Positions 9,964 through 19,504 of a stretch of DNA of 47,117 nt are shown here, piece after piece. Both the position numbers and the translations under genes were made by a program. Position 1 is the first letter of the stretch; every line of letters begins with the position of its first letter. The stretch is from assembly GCA_964435925.1 (NCBI GenBank), contig CAYTBG010000005.1:1-47117 (forward strand), read 5' to 3'. The stretch is from an uncultured Eubacteriales bacterium. Lineage in GTDB: Bacteria > Acidobacteriota > Aminicenantia > Aminicenantales > Aminicenantaceae. A model generated the notes under the pieces. It did no database searches and had not been told where the DNA came from. It saw only the letters and a list, made by a program, of their open reading frames with translations.

Positions 9964-11308
9964 GCGGTTTCGAACTAACTGCATCATTCGCATATTGCTG
10001 CTGGGGGCAACTCTCTGTGGTTTTTTCTTCTTCCTCTTTCAAACAACTCTGTATGCAGGTCTCTTTATTCTCGGAATCTTGATCATCTATCAAATTTATG
10101 CGCTTATTCGCTATGTTGAGAAAACAAATAGAGACCTGACCCGTTTTCTTCAATCTATTAAGTACAGTGATTTCTCCCAGACATTTAAAGATGATGGGCT
10201 GGGTTCATCTTTCGAGGCTCTAAAAAGTGCCTTAAACGAGGTCATGAATGCCTTTCGAAAAACAAGGACTGAGAAAGAAGAGCATTATCGATACTTACAG
10301 ACGGTCGTTCAACATATAGGTATAGGCCTGATTGCTTTTCAGCCCAGCGGCGAAGTGGAGCTGATCAACACAGCTGCAAAACGTTTATTAAAAGTCCCTC
10401 ACCTCAAAAACATAAAATCTCTCGAATCCTGGAGCAAGCCATTAGTCAGCACGCTTTTCAAGCTCAAGTCGAAAGAAAAAGCCCTGGTCAAAGTCGAAGA
10501 TAACAACGAACTGCTGCACCTGGCTCTTTATGCTGCGGAGTATAAGCTTCGAGGACAAAATTTTTCTTTAGTATCCATACAAAACATTCACAGCGAGCTG
10601 GAGGAGAAAGAAATAGAAGCCTGGCAAAAGCTCATCCGGGTCCTCACTCATGAGATCATGAATTCTATTACTCCAATAGCTTCACTTGCTTCGACTATTA
10701 ATGAATTGATAAAGGAAAGCTACAATATTCGTTCATCAGGAGAAAATATAAATCCTGAATCTTTAACCGACATCCGTGATGCGTCCCAGACCATTCAGAA
10801 GCGCAGTCAAGGTTTGCTCCATTTTGTAGATGCCTACAGAAACCTGACTCTGGTCCAAAAGCCTAATTTCCAAATTTTCGCCATCAAAGAGCTTTTTGCC
10901 CGAGTGGAAAAACTCATGAAGACGCACATCAAAGATAAATCAATTAATTTTAAGGTGAGTATAGAACCACAAAGCCTCGAGCTGGCGGCTGACCCTGAGC
11001 TCGTCGAACAGGTCTTGATAAATCTCCTTCTGAACGCTCTCCATGCTGTTAAGAGACGGAAGAAGGCAAAAATTGATTTGGATTCTCGTTTGGACGGAAG
11101 AGGAAAGATACTCCTCCAGGTCAAAGACAACGGCCCTGGAATCCTGGAGGAGAATCTAGAGAAGATATTTATCCCCTTCTACTCTACAAAGGAAGGGGGC
11201 TCGGGCATCGGACTCAGTCTATCCCGTCAGATCATGCGCTTGCATAATGGATTTATCGGGGTTCATTCCGAGCCCGATGTTGAAACAGTCTTTACGTTGA
11301 GATTTTAA
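9953..11308 (+). CDS. Sensor histidine kinase (two N-terminal TM helices, PAS-like region, HisKA-HATPase)
   Basis: H-box LTHEIMNSITPI, N-box QVLINLLLNA, DNGPGI, IFIPFYSTK, GSGIGL. Overlaps the regulator stop codon. Confidence 0.95.
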   Translation: MVYKRFRTNCIIRILLLGATLCGFFFFLFQTTLYAGLFILGILIIYQIYALIRYVEKTNRDLTRFLQSIKYSDFSQTFKDDGLGSSFEALKSALNEVMNAFRKTRTEKEEHYRYLQTVVQHIGIGLIAFQPSGEVELINTAAKRLLKVPHLKNIKSLESWSKPLVSTLFKLKSKEKALVKVEDNNELLHLALYAAEYKLRGQNFSLVSIQNIHSELEEKEIEAWQKLIRVLTHEIMNSITPIASLASTINELIKESYNIRSSGENINPESLTDIRDASQTIQKRSQGLLHFVDAYRNLTLVQKPNFQIFAIKELFARVEKLMKTHIKDKSINFKVSIEPQSLELAADPELVEQVLINLLLNALHAVKRRKKAKIDLDSRLDGRGKILLQVKDNGPGILEENLEKIFIPFYSTKEGGSGIGLSLSRQIMRLHNGFIGVHSEPDVETVFTLRF

Positions 11309-11394
11309 AGCAGACTTCATCCATATTCCTTCCAGTGGACTCACTCCGGTACGAATAAAAAGCAAAAAGGACTAAAAAAGGGGAACTGAGAATA

Positions 11395-11631
11395 TTATTC
11401 TTTTTCGATTATCTCAAAGTTAAATCTTTTTTTCAGCTTCATTCCAACTGCACCGAGAATATCTCTGATAGCCTGTGCAGTTCTTCCCTGTTTTCCAATA
11501 ACCTTGCCTATATCATCTGGAGCAACCTTTAATTCAATGATCGAGCTCTGTTCTCCGTCTAATTGGGAAACGTGCACATTGTCCGGATTGTCCACTAATG
11601 CTCTGGCAATCATTTCAATGAGTTCTTTCAC
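11395..11631 (-). CDS. khpA: Single-KH-domain RNA-binding protein (KhpA/YlqC, UPF0109 family)
   Basis: MKELIEMIARALVDNPDNV...DDIGKVIGKQGRTAQAIR. GTG start with AAGGAGG RBS. Confidence 0.9.
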   Translation of the reverse strand: MKELIEMIARALVDNPDNVHVSQLDGEQSSIIELKVAPDDIGKVIGKQGRTAQAIRDILGAVGMKLKKRFNFEIIEKE

Positions 11632-11738
11632 TGTAGCCTCCTTTAATCCTTAAATTGTTTTTTTCAATCAAGCTCATGGACTGTAATCATTTTTTTCTTC
11701 TTCCCCTACGGGAAGGAATCGTTAGTTGTAACAAAAGC

Positions 11739-11832
11739 TTATTTTTCCCGCTCTTTCTTGGTGGTCTCTTTTTCTGTTCGTTCCTTTTCATCCTGGTTCT
11801 TCTTATAAGATTGTCAGACTTTTCTTTCCCAT
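11739..11832 (-). pseudogene. Possible frameshifted small Lys/Glu-rich protein
   Basis: GGGGGG RBS + ATG. Removing one base after codon 5 gives MGKKSRQSYKKNQDEKERTEKETTKKEREK*. As written it stops after 9 codons. Confidence 0.3.
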
Positions 11833-11851
11833 TATGAAGACCCCCCATTTT

Positions 11852-12052
11852 TTAACCTCCCCTTGTTCTTCTTAATGCTGTCTCAAAATCATCAACTATT
11901 TTTCTTCCTGCTCCACAGCCAACATCCGCTGCCTCAATTTCAATCAAATTTTCAAGTCTCTTTTTGATAATTGAAAGCAAGCCTAAATCTATGGTCCTTA
12001 AATCTCTGTATTTGCGAGCAATCCTTGAAAAATGATGATTAATTCTTCTCAT
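11852..12052 (-). pseudogene. Truncated class I SAM-dependent methyltransferase
   Basis: HFSRIARKY N-terminus and motif I ADVGCGAGR, followed by an unrelated 16-aa tail and a stop. Far too short for the fold. Confidence 0.75.
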
Positions 12053-12071
12053 TTATGCCTACATGAATTCT

Positions 12072-13175
12072 TTATCCCTTTTTTCCCTCTTCTTTTCCGT
12101 ATCTCTTGATGAATTTTTCTGTAAACTCTCTGGCTTCCGTGTCTGTATATTGCTGGGGAGGGGCCTTCATAAAATAAGAGGAAGGAGCAACGAGAGTTCC
12201 GGATAATCCGTTGTTAAGGGCCAATTTGCAGCATCTGATGGCATCGATAACCACTCCCGCAGAATTCGGGGAATCCTCTACAGATAGGCGGCAATCCAAA
12301 TAAGTGGGTATGTCTCCGAAATGGCGGCTTTCTATACGAAGGAAGCAGAGTTTATTGTCTTTTTGCCAGGGGACATAGTCACTGGGACCAACATGGACCT
12401 TATCAGGATCGATGTCTAGATCTCTGGCTCTAATCTGCGAGGTTACAGCGTTTGTTTTTGACTTCTTTTTGGAATCCAATCTTTCCCTTTCCAGCATGTT
12501 TAGGAAATCAGTGTTACCTCCAGTGTTAAGCTGATAGGTTCTCTCGATAGGCATTCCTCGATCCAGATAAAGATTGACGAGAGTGCGGTGGAGGATGGTT
12601 GCGCCTACCTGAGATTTTATATCGTCTCCGATGATGGGAAGATTCTTTTTCTCGAATCTTTTTTGCCAATATTTTTCACTGGCAATAAATACAGGAATGC
12701 AATTGATGAACGCACAGCCCGCCTCGAGAATTTGCTCAACATACCATTTGGTGGCTTCTTCGCTTCCAACAGGAAGATAACTGATAACAACATCTGTTTT
12801 AGTTTCTTTAAGGATATCAACGACATCTGATGTGCTTCCCGGGGCTTTTTCTATAATTTCTGAAAGGTATTTTCCGAGGCCATCGTGGGTCATTCCCCGT
12901 ACAACTTTGACATTGAGATGAGGAACATCTGAGAATTTAGTTGTGTTGTTGGGAGGGGTGAAAATTGCTTCGCTTAGATCTTTTCCCACCTTGTTTTTAT
13001 CAATATCAAAGGCAGTTACAAATTCAATGTCTCGAATATAATAGCCGCCGAGGCTAACATGCATGACTCCAGGAATAAAATCCGATTCCTTTGTATTTTT
13101 ATAATATTCTACACCCTGAACTAAAGAAGAAGCGCAATTGCCCACACCAATTATAGCCACTCTAATCTTGCTCAT
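12072..13175 (-). CDS. ino1: Inositol-3-phosphate synthase (myo-inositol-1-phosphate synthase)
   Basis: [67 protein letters not shown]. Start moved to ATG 13175 (RBS AGGAGA). Confidence 0.96.
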   Translation of the reverse strand: MSKIRVAIIGVGNCASSLVQGVEYYKNTKESDFIPGVMHVSLGGYYIRDIEFVTAFDIDKNKVGKDLSEAIFTPPNNTTKFSDVPHLNVKVVRGMTHDGLGKYLSEIIEKAPGSTSDVVDILKETKTDVVISYLPVGSEEATKWYVEQILEAGCAFINCIPVFIASEKYWQKRFEKKNLPIIGDDIKSQVGATILHRTLVNLYLDRGMPIERTYQLNTGGNTDFLNMLERERLDSKKKSKTNAVTSQIRARDLDIDPDKVHVGPSDYVPWQKDNKLCFLRIESRHFGDIPTYLDCRLSVEDSPNSAGVVIDAIRCCKLALNNGLSGTLVAPSSYFMKAPPQQYTDTEAREFTEKFIKRYGKEEGKKG

Positions 13176-13227
13176 TAGTTTATATCTCCTTCCCAATTTC
13201 TCTTCTAGCTCGTTGGGAGTTTATTCT

Positions 13228-13255
13228 ATTCTAGTACAATACACTTTTTTGTCCA
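13228..13255 (-). promoter_or_regulatory. Putative sigma70 promoter of ino1
   Basis: Minus strand TGGACA-N16-TAGAAT. Confidence 0.4.
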
Positions 13256-13259
13256 AGTA

Positions 13260-13286
13260 GAACTTTTTCCACTCTCATACGTCTTA
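13260..13286 (+). promoter_or_regulatory. Putative ECF-sigma autoregulatory promoter
   Basis: GAACTT-N14-CGTCTTA (AAC-N16-CGTC), about 30 bp upstream of the ECF sigma start. Confidence 0.65.
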
Positions 13287-13317
13287 GTTAGTGAAATTCG
13301 TGATAGAATAACAAATC

Positions 13318-13917
13318 ATGGAAAATGATGGCAGCAAACGCGCCCATGATACAGGACAGATCATCCATCCGGCATTCGATGATCTGTACAAAAAATACCA
13401 GAACGCAGTCTTCGGTTTCGCTTATTATCTCACACAAAACAGAGGAGATGCAGAAGATCTATTTCAAGAAGCCTGGCTCCGCATTGCAAAAAAACTGCCC
13501 GACGAGGTAAACATGCAAAGTATAAAGGCCTGGATATTTACTGTAGTTGCCAATCTACACCGGGATGAGCTGCGTAAGAAACGGATAAGAAGATTATTTT
13601 TTTTGCAGAAAGCCATGAGTCTTGAAAAAGAAAATACAATGTTCCCTGTCCTGTCCGGAAAGCCCGTGTCTATTAATCCGGAGGAAGTCACTCAGACAGA
13701 CATGGGGAGGGATATCGCCCAGGCTTTGGCCAGGCTGCCGGATCGACAGCGCCGCGTATTTGTGCTTAAAGAAATTGCAGAATTTAAACAGGCAGAAATA
13801 AGTGATATTCTCGGGATCCCGCTCGGTACGGTCAAATCGCTGATGCACCGTGCCGTTACACGGCTGAGGCGGGAACTCTCAAAATATAACGAGAAATCCA
13901 ACGATAAGAGGGATTAA
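13318..13917 (+). CDS. ECF-subfamily RNA polymerase sigma factor
   Basis: Region 2 DAEDLFQEAWL...AWIFTVVANLHRD and region 4 LARLPDRQRRVFVL...EISDILGIPLGTVKSLMHRA. Confidence 0.95.
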   Translation: MENDGSKRAHDTGQIIHPAFDDLYKKYQNAVFGFAYYLTQNRGDAEDLFQEAWLRIAKKLPDEVNMQSIKAWIFTVVANLHRDELRKKRIRRLFFLQKAMSLEKENTMFPVLSGKPVSINPEEVTQTDMGRDIAQALARLPDRQRRVFVLKEIAEFKQAEISDILGIPLGTVKSLMHRAVTRLRRELSKYNEKSNDKRD

Positions 13918-13918
13918 A

Positions 13919-14431
13919 ATGCGATGTAAAGACATCGAGCGTTTAATCATTGAGTCCTCAGATGAGGATCTGAGCTTGGAAGAATTAGGTGCGATAGAGA
14001 AACATATCGCCCATTGCGCACTTTGTGCTCGCTTCCAAGATGATCTTGAAAAAATTCGGATGGGCGTCAAAACAATGACCCAACCCGTCCTTCCGCCTGA
14101 CTTAGCGCAAAAGACCCGGCTTAGGTGTCAGGCTGAACTAAGCCGACAACCTGCGGCTGCTTCGAAAATTGCCCGGCTGATTCCTTCCGATTCCATACCG
14201 AAATACGTATGGGCAGCGCTTCTCCCTCTTATCCTTTTGACGGTGTTTGTGCTAGCCCCTACACTTAAAGAAATCAGATTGGATCAAACGCTGACGTTTG
14301 CATCAGTTGCGGCTCTTACAATCATAATCCAAAACGCAGTGATGCTTCTATTCGCGCCGATTTTGATTCGCAGGCGCCGATGGAAGAATCAGGATATTAG
14401 AGGCATGCCAATAAACACCAACGCCTCATAA
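13919..14431 (+). CDS. Zinc-binding (zf-HC2/ZAS) transmembrane anti-sigma factor
   Basis: N-terminal Cys plus HxxxCxxC (HIAHCALC), two C-terminal TM helices, directly downstream of the ECF sigma. Confidence 0.9.
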   Translation: MRCKDIERLIIESSDEDLSLEELGAIEKHIAHCALCARFQDDLEKIRMGVKTMTQPVLPPDLAQKTRLRCQAELSRQPAAASKIARLIPSDSIPKYVWAALLPLILLTVFVLAPTLKEIRLDQTLTFASVAALTIIIQNAVMLLFAPILIRRRRWKNQDIRGMPINTNAS

Positions 14432-14489
14432 AACATACAATAGAACCCATGCCTGGGATTGCATCAGGGTATGGATAAGGAGGTTAATA

Positions 14490-15035
14490 ATGGCAACTTC
14501 AACCGAAAAAACAATAGGATTAATCCTATTGGTTATAATTATTTTAGCCCTGGCGGGGCTCATAACCCCCTTGATTGTTGGACCTTTTGGATTTTTCTCA
14601 GGAGCGCTCCACATGTTGGGTCGCCAGGGTGGTGAGACTCTCCATATCGGCCCCTCGCTTTTGCGTTTCTCTTTTTATTCTATTTCCTCTCTCGCACTTT
14701 TGATCATATGGATTTTTGTGATCGTTTGGGTCTATCGCGATGCGGAACGCCGCAGCATGAATGGTGTATTATGGGCTTTGCTGGTGCTGATCGGTAATAT
14801 AATCGGATTATTGATCTATCTTATTGTCCGTTCAGACGGCATCCCTGCGCTGAAAGCAGACCACGAAACACACGAATGCCCAAGCTGCCAGAGACAGGTC
14901 GATGCCGCTTTCGTGTTCTGCCCTTATTGCGCGGCGCGACTCCATGCCGTGTGTCCCGAATGCGGGAAACCAACAGAACAGAACTGGAAAGCCTGCCCGC
15001 ACTGCGGCAAAAAGCTGAAGGAATTGATGAAATAG
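14490..15035 (+). CDS. Membrane protein with C-terminal double zinc ribbon
   Basis: TM helices, WVYRDAERR..W motif, four CxxC pairs (CPSC, CPYC, CPEC, CPHC). Confidence 0.88.
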   Translation: MATSTEKTIGLILLVIIILALAGLITPLIVGPFGFFSGALHMLGRQGGETLHIGPSLLRFSFYSISSLALLIIWIFVIVWVYRDAERRSMNGVLWALLVLIGNIIGLLIYLIVRSDGIPALKADHETHECPSCQRQVDAAFVFCPYCAARLHAVCPECGKPTEQNWKACPHCGKKLKELMK

Positions 15036-15058
15036 ATCCTTACAATTAAAATAACGTT

Positions 15059-15165
15059 GGCTTGATGAATCAAGCCCCTATACAAGCCCCTACAAAAGAA
15101 AAACAAAATCCGTTCAGCTCATTTATATATTCAAAAAGGTGGGCTTGATAAATCAAGCCTCTACA
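15059..15165. repeat. Two GTAG-type REP-like palindromes between convergent genes
   Basis: GGCTTGATGAATCAAGCC (15059-15076) and GGCTTGATAAATCAAGCC (15142-15159), followed by CCTA/CTACA tails (GTAG on the minus strand) and partial copies. Confidence 0.7.
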
Positions 15166-15181
15166 GATAAATCAAATCTAT

Positions 15182-18013
15182 TTATTTTTCTATTATTCCC
15201 AGAATTCCCGGTAAAATAATTACAGTCGTCAGGAAACAGGCTGCCACTCCCAAAAAGAGAGCTCCTCCGAACTGGCCCCAACCAGGGAAGGCAGAGAAAA
15301 TTAAGGAGCCGAAGGCGAACATTGTTGTCAGCGAAGTGAGAAAAATAGCTTTTCCCGTGCTGGAAAACACTGTCCGGATTTTGCCCTTTCGCTCACTTTT
15401 CCATCGATGCATGATGTGCACTCCATCGTCAATTCCGATACCGATGATCAATGGAAGGCCCATAACACTCGTCATGGAAAGCTGGATACCAGTCAAGTTC
15501 ATGAGGCCGACCATCCAGAACACACCCAGAGCCAGGGGGATCATTGCCATCAAGGCGTAGCCTGGTTTGCGAAAATCAGCCCACAACAGAAAAAATACAA
15601 CGACCAAAGTCAATATGATTGCGTTGCGTCCATCACGACCCCATATCTTGAGAAGAGCAACAAATAAGGGGGGCATTCCGGTAGCTTTTTCGCTCACTCT
15701 TTCTACATCCTCAGCGAACTTATTAAGAAACTCCCCATCATAAATACTCCCGGCTGGATAGACTGTTATCAGAAATTGGTCCCTGGTTTTGTTGCTGTAG
15801 CGATCCAGAATGGTTACTGGAAGTTCATCCAGCTGGATGGACTCAGTCGAGCTCATACCAACTACAGATTTTTTAAAATAGGGTCCGAAATCCCTCTGAA
15901 ATTTGGAGAATCCTTGGGCAACAGTTGAAGCATCCGCATCCAACGTTTGCAGCAGTTTCTGGATGATATTCTTGGAATTCGGATTCTCGGGATCTCCCAC
16001 GATCTCTTTGCATTTATTATCAACTTTGTCCTGTCCACCTATGTAGGCCATATCCTGCATTTCCATAATGTTCATCTCCAGCCTTTCTATTTCATTTCGT
16101 AAAGTAGAAAATTCACCCGGGAGCACCGCTTGTTTTACAGAAGCGGATTGGATTCTCTCCAGAACCTCATTGATATGAGGAATCCTTTTCTGCTGCTGCC
16201 CTTCGGAGGGAACATAGACTGAGATATCGTCAGTTATGGCCGCAGAGCCCAGTTCACGATATTTATCTGACAGTTCATAGGATTCACTGACATCATCGGC
16301 TAAAACCAGAGCATAATCCATGCTTAAATCAAACTTCTCCATTATTGTATCCAGAAGCCAGATCGAAGGGACATCCGGTTCCATATTCCTGTAGTCATAA
16401 TCCCAACGGATTCTTGATGCTGACCAAATAAGTAAGGCACTTATAACAATCGAGGCAGCGATTGAAAGGGCGTAATTCTTGCTGAGCCATTCTCCCGCGC
16501 GGCCCAGAAAGCGAAAGGAAATATCTCGCTCTACGAATTTCTCTACTCCTTTTCTTCTCTCACGCCTTCTATCTCTGAGGCGTTCTCTCCACACTAACAT
16601 GACAGGTAAACAGAGCATCGTAGCTAAAAGAATGGCCAGCAGGCCTGTTCCCATGACTAATCCCATTTCTTTCATGCCTCGTGAAGAACTGATAACCAGA
16701 GCATAGAAAGCACAAGCCGTTGTCATTGCTCCTGTCACAATCCCCTTCCCACTTTTTAAAAATGTGTTCTCCATGGCTGTGGCTATAGTATCTCCGGCAG
16801 CCCGTCGTTCTGTGAATCCGGAAATAAGATGGATAGAAAAATCAATACCCAGCCCTAGAACTATCACAGACAGCATGGAAGTAACCATGTTTAGCTGCCC
16901 GACCACAATAGCGGCGCTTCCGAGTGCCCATAATACACCAAATATGAGATTGACTATGGCGAAAACCGGAGCCACCCACATCCTGAAGGAAACCATAAGC
17001 AGGAGCAAAATGGCAATTAAAGCGATCACTGTCGAATACCCTAGACTTCTCTCAGCATAGATCTGCTCATCATGCTCCTTGGGTATCGCTCCGCACAGAC
17101 CCGCCTCTATGTCTGGAAAATCCTTCAGCAGGTTATCGACAACGGCCTGAACTTCCTCTGTTCCAGCCATGATAAAATTCCTGTCCATCAGGGAGAAGTT
17201 GGGAATTGCATTTAAAATAAGCGCCTTTTTATCATAGGAGAGGACATACGGTTCGCCGAAAAGAAGCTTATCCACAGCTATCTCAATTTCTTCTTCTGAG
17301 ATATCCCCCCCGCCTGTTGTTTTTTGGAGGGTGAGAACCAGATTTTGAATGCCCTCCAAGAACGATACAGCTCCGTCTTCTTTCTCCCGGGTGGAAATCG
17401 ATTCTTCGCGACCCACATACTCCTTTTCCATCGAGTTATTGAGATTTGTCAGCAAACCTATCAAGTTGGGATCCATGAAAACATCTTTCATGTTTTTTAA
17501 ATCATCTTCTTTAACAAGCATCAGCATGTGATTTCTTAAAAAATCGATATCCACTTTATAATCAACGCGCTGAAACAGTTTGTAATTCATCTGGGACCAC
17601 AGCGCTTTGATCTCGGACTGAAGCTCGGCTATTTTCGACTCTTTCCCCTTTGTTTTCAATTTATCTATCTTTTTTTTAATCTTATCGATTTGCGCTTGGA
17701 GTGAATCATTCCTTCTTGTATCTCTTGTCTCTAAAATTTGGGGGGCGAGTTGATCTGCAAACTCTTTGATGCGTTTTTCTTCACCTTGAACGACTACGAT
17801 GAGGCTTGTAGCTGTGGTGAATTCGTCGATTATCTTATTGAATTGAACGACTTTCGGGTCACGCTCTGGCAGTAAATCTGATGTGCGCATGGTAACGCTT
17901 AACTGCGAGCTAAAAGCAGCAAAAATAATGGTTAAAAGTAAAACAACCAGAGCCATTCTCCAGGGATGGTAAGCATGCCAATTAGCCAGGTTTTTAAGGA
18001 TTTTTTCTCTCAT
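15182..18013 (-). CDS. MMPL/RND-superfamily transporter (HpnN-like, 943 aa)
   Basis: Two repeats of TM + large loop + 5 TM; motifs GLGIDFSIH and GIGIDDGVH, TGKAIFLTSLTT. Confidence 0.92.
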   Translation of the reverse strand: MREKILKNLANWHAYHPWRMALVVLLLTIIFAAFSSQLSVTMRTSDLLPERDPKVVQFNKIIDEFTTATSLIVVVQGEEKRIKEFADQLAPQILETRDTRRNDSLQAQIDKIKKKIDKLKTKGKESKIAELQSEIKALWSQMNYKLFQRVDYKVDIDFLRNHMLMLVKEDDLKNMKDVFMDPNLIGLLTNLNNSMEKEYVGREESISTREKEDGAVSFLEGIQNLVLTLQKTTGGGDISEEEIEIAVDKLLFGEPYVLSYDKKALILNAIPNFSLMDRNFIMAGTEEVQAVVDNLLKDFPDIEAGLCGAIPKEHDEQIYAERSLGYSTVIALIAILLLLMVSFRMWVAPVFAIVNLIFGVLWALGSAAIVVGQLNMVTSMLSVIVLGLGIDFSIHLISGFTERRAAGDTIATAMENTFLKSGKGIVTGAMTTACAFYALVISSSRGMKEMGLVMGTGLLAILLATMLCLPVMLVWRERLRDRRRERRKGVEKFVERDISFRFLGRAGEWLSKNYALSIAASIVISALLIWSASRIRWDYDYRNMEPDVPSIWLLDTIMEKFDLSMDYALVLADDVSESYELSDKYRELGSAAITDDISVYVPSEGQQQKRIPHINEVLERIQSASVKQAVLPGEFSTLRNEIERLEMNIMEMQDMAYIGGQDKVDNKCKEIVGDPENPNSKNIIQKLLQTLDADASTVAQGFSKFQRDFGPYFKKSVVGMSSTESIQLDELPVTILDRYSNKTRDQFLITVYPAGSIYDGEFLNKFAEDVERVSEKATGMPPLFVALLKIWGRDGRNAIILTLVVVFFLLWADFRKPGYALMAMIPLALGVFWMVGLMNLTGIQLSMTSVMGLPLIIGIGIDDGVHIMHRWKSERKGKIRTVFSSTGKAIFLTSLTTMFAFGSLIFSAFPGWGQFGGALFLGVAACFLTTVIILPGILGIIEK

Positions 18014-18038
18014 CTATCTTCTCCTTTTCCCTTACCAA

Positions 18039-18210
18039 TTAAAAATACACTCGAGCCCGAATCATCCCGCCGTTGCCCATATTTTTAGCAAAAACTTTTC
18101 CTTCCTTGCCAAAATTAATATTCAGATAAGCAAAAACCTCCACATTATCTGAGAGAGAGTAATTCAGGGTGGGGACCAGAGCAAAGCTATTGTCCGAAAT
18201 ACTGTAAATC
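18039..18210 (-). pseudogene. C-terminal remnant of a probable outer-membrane beta-barrel protein
   Basis: YSISDNSFALVPTLNYSLSDNVEV...GGMIRARVYF shows alternating beta-strand pattern and a terminal Y-F. It lies in operon position 25 bp before the MMPL gene but has no signal peptide or N-terminal body. Confidence 0.6.
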
Positions 18211-18586
18211 GTTTTTTTCATCCTTGAGTCTTTTTGGACTGAAATCGTTGATAAAGGCATCTCGCTTTTAAGATATGGTGAATATTAATCAATTATTTTA
18301 ATTGATATTTCAATTTGGAGAAAGGAAAAATTCTTTGTTTCTCTTCATAAAACAGTCGGAATTTTGCCGAATTAATTCTCAGGTTGTCCTAGCTCGTGGC
18401 TCAGAACACATATACTTCAACAGTATTTATCAAAAATTTTAAGGAAAATAGGTCAAACGGGCTTTTAGTGTGGATGGAAAGAATATAGTTGAATTATTGG
18501 AGAGAGTTATTTTAAGGGTTTTTGTAGCTTTTTAAGGATAGATTGAATTAAGAACTGCTTATTCTACTTCTCGAGCACTTTATCTA

Positions 18587-19078
18587 TTAGCTTATTCTTT
18601 TTACTGTGATAACAGGAAGTAGCAGATACTGACCTCCAAATCCTTCTATGGATTGGTCTGCATGAAAATCTAAAACTACTTCAGTGACACGATTATTCAG
18701 AACAGTGAAAGCTACAGGGATTTTCACTTCTAAACTGGGTAATATAGAAATTTCGAAAGTTCTGCCATTGACTACTGCCGCCGCCCCACTAATAACGATG
18801 ATAACATGAGTGTAAATCCCCTGTTCTAATTCAACATCTAACATGCGCTCTTCAATATCCCGCAGCAGAAGCAAATCTAATGTTCTCTCACCTTCCCAGA
18901 CAGTCGTGATTGATCCATCATCTTTTTGGACTTTTATCGCTGTAATGGTGATTAGTACTTGTTCTAAACCATCAATCGGCTGATCTGTCATGTAGAGTTC
19001 GAAGTTTCCTGTCTTATCAACAGTACATCCGCCTAAGAGTAAGGCAACAGATAGTGCAAAAAGGATTGGCCTTTTCAT
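18587..19078 (-). CDS. DUF4382-like lipoprotein
   Basis: Start moved to MKRPILFALSVALLLGGC (lipobox). Contains LYMTDQP, V.ITI..IKV, DLL.L and VVLDFHADQSI patterns typical of DUF4382. Confidence 0.8.
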   Translation of the reverse strand: MKRPILFALSVALLLGGCTVDKTGNFELYMTDQPIDGLEQVLITITAIKVQKDDGSITTVWEGERTLDLLLLRDIEERMLDVELEQGIYTHVIIVISGAAAVVNGRTFEISILPSLEVKIPVAFTVLNNRVTEVVLDFHADQSIEGFGGQYLLLPVITVKRIS

Positions 19079-19161
19079 TTTTGGTCCTCTTAAGCGAATT
19101 TTCTTCCTGCCTCTCTTAAAAATCAATCATCTTCAAAGGTGATATTGAAGGTGATTTTTTC

Positions 19162-19296
19162 TCACCCATAAGCGGAAGTAGCCACAACAGCTTTAATGAA
19201 AAATAGTTCGTGAGGAAAATCGGATCGAGATGCCATCCTCCAGAATTCAGCCTCCATCGTAGTATTTGATGAAGGAACTATTAACCCAAATCTCAT
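19162..19296 (-). pseudogene. N-terminal remnant of a maleate isomerase/arylmalonate decarboxylase (Asp/Glu racemase superfamily) gene
   Basis: Below the ORF-track cutoff: MRFGLIVPSSNTTMEAEFWRMA...* (44 aa). GLIVPSSNTTME is the family's N-terminal signature. Confidence 0.7.
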
Positions 19297-19504
19297 TTCA
19301 TTCTCTAAATGATTTATTGACTTTTACGCAGGAAAATTTGCTTCTGCTTTTATCTCGCTAAAATACTTTTTGCTTTTTTTATTCTGAATTACTTATTTTT
19401 ATTTTGAATTACTTAAAAGTAAGACCTGACTCAATAGTTTCGTGTGCATATTCTCGATTATCAATGAGACTTGGATCTTTTCTCGGTTTTCTCCTTCAGT
19501 AGGT

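Noticed and set aside
11655-11837. 60-aa Phe/Leu-rich plus-strand ORF as a membrane peptide
   Set aside because: The hydrophobicity is the reverse complement of A-rich minus-strand sequence, it has no RBS, and it opposes the local gene direction.
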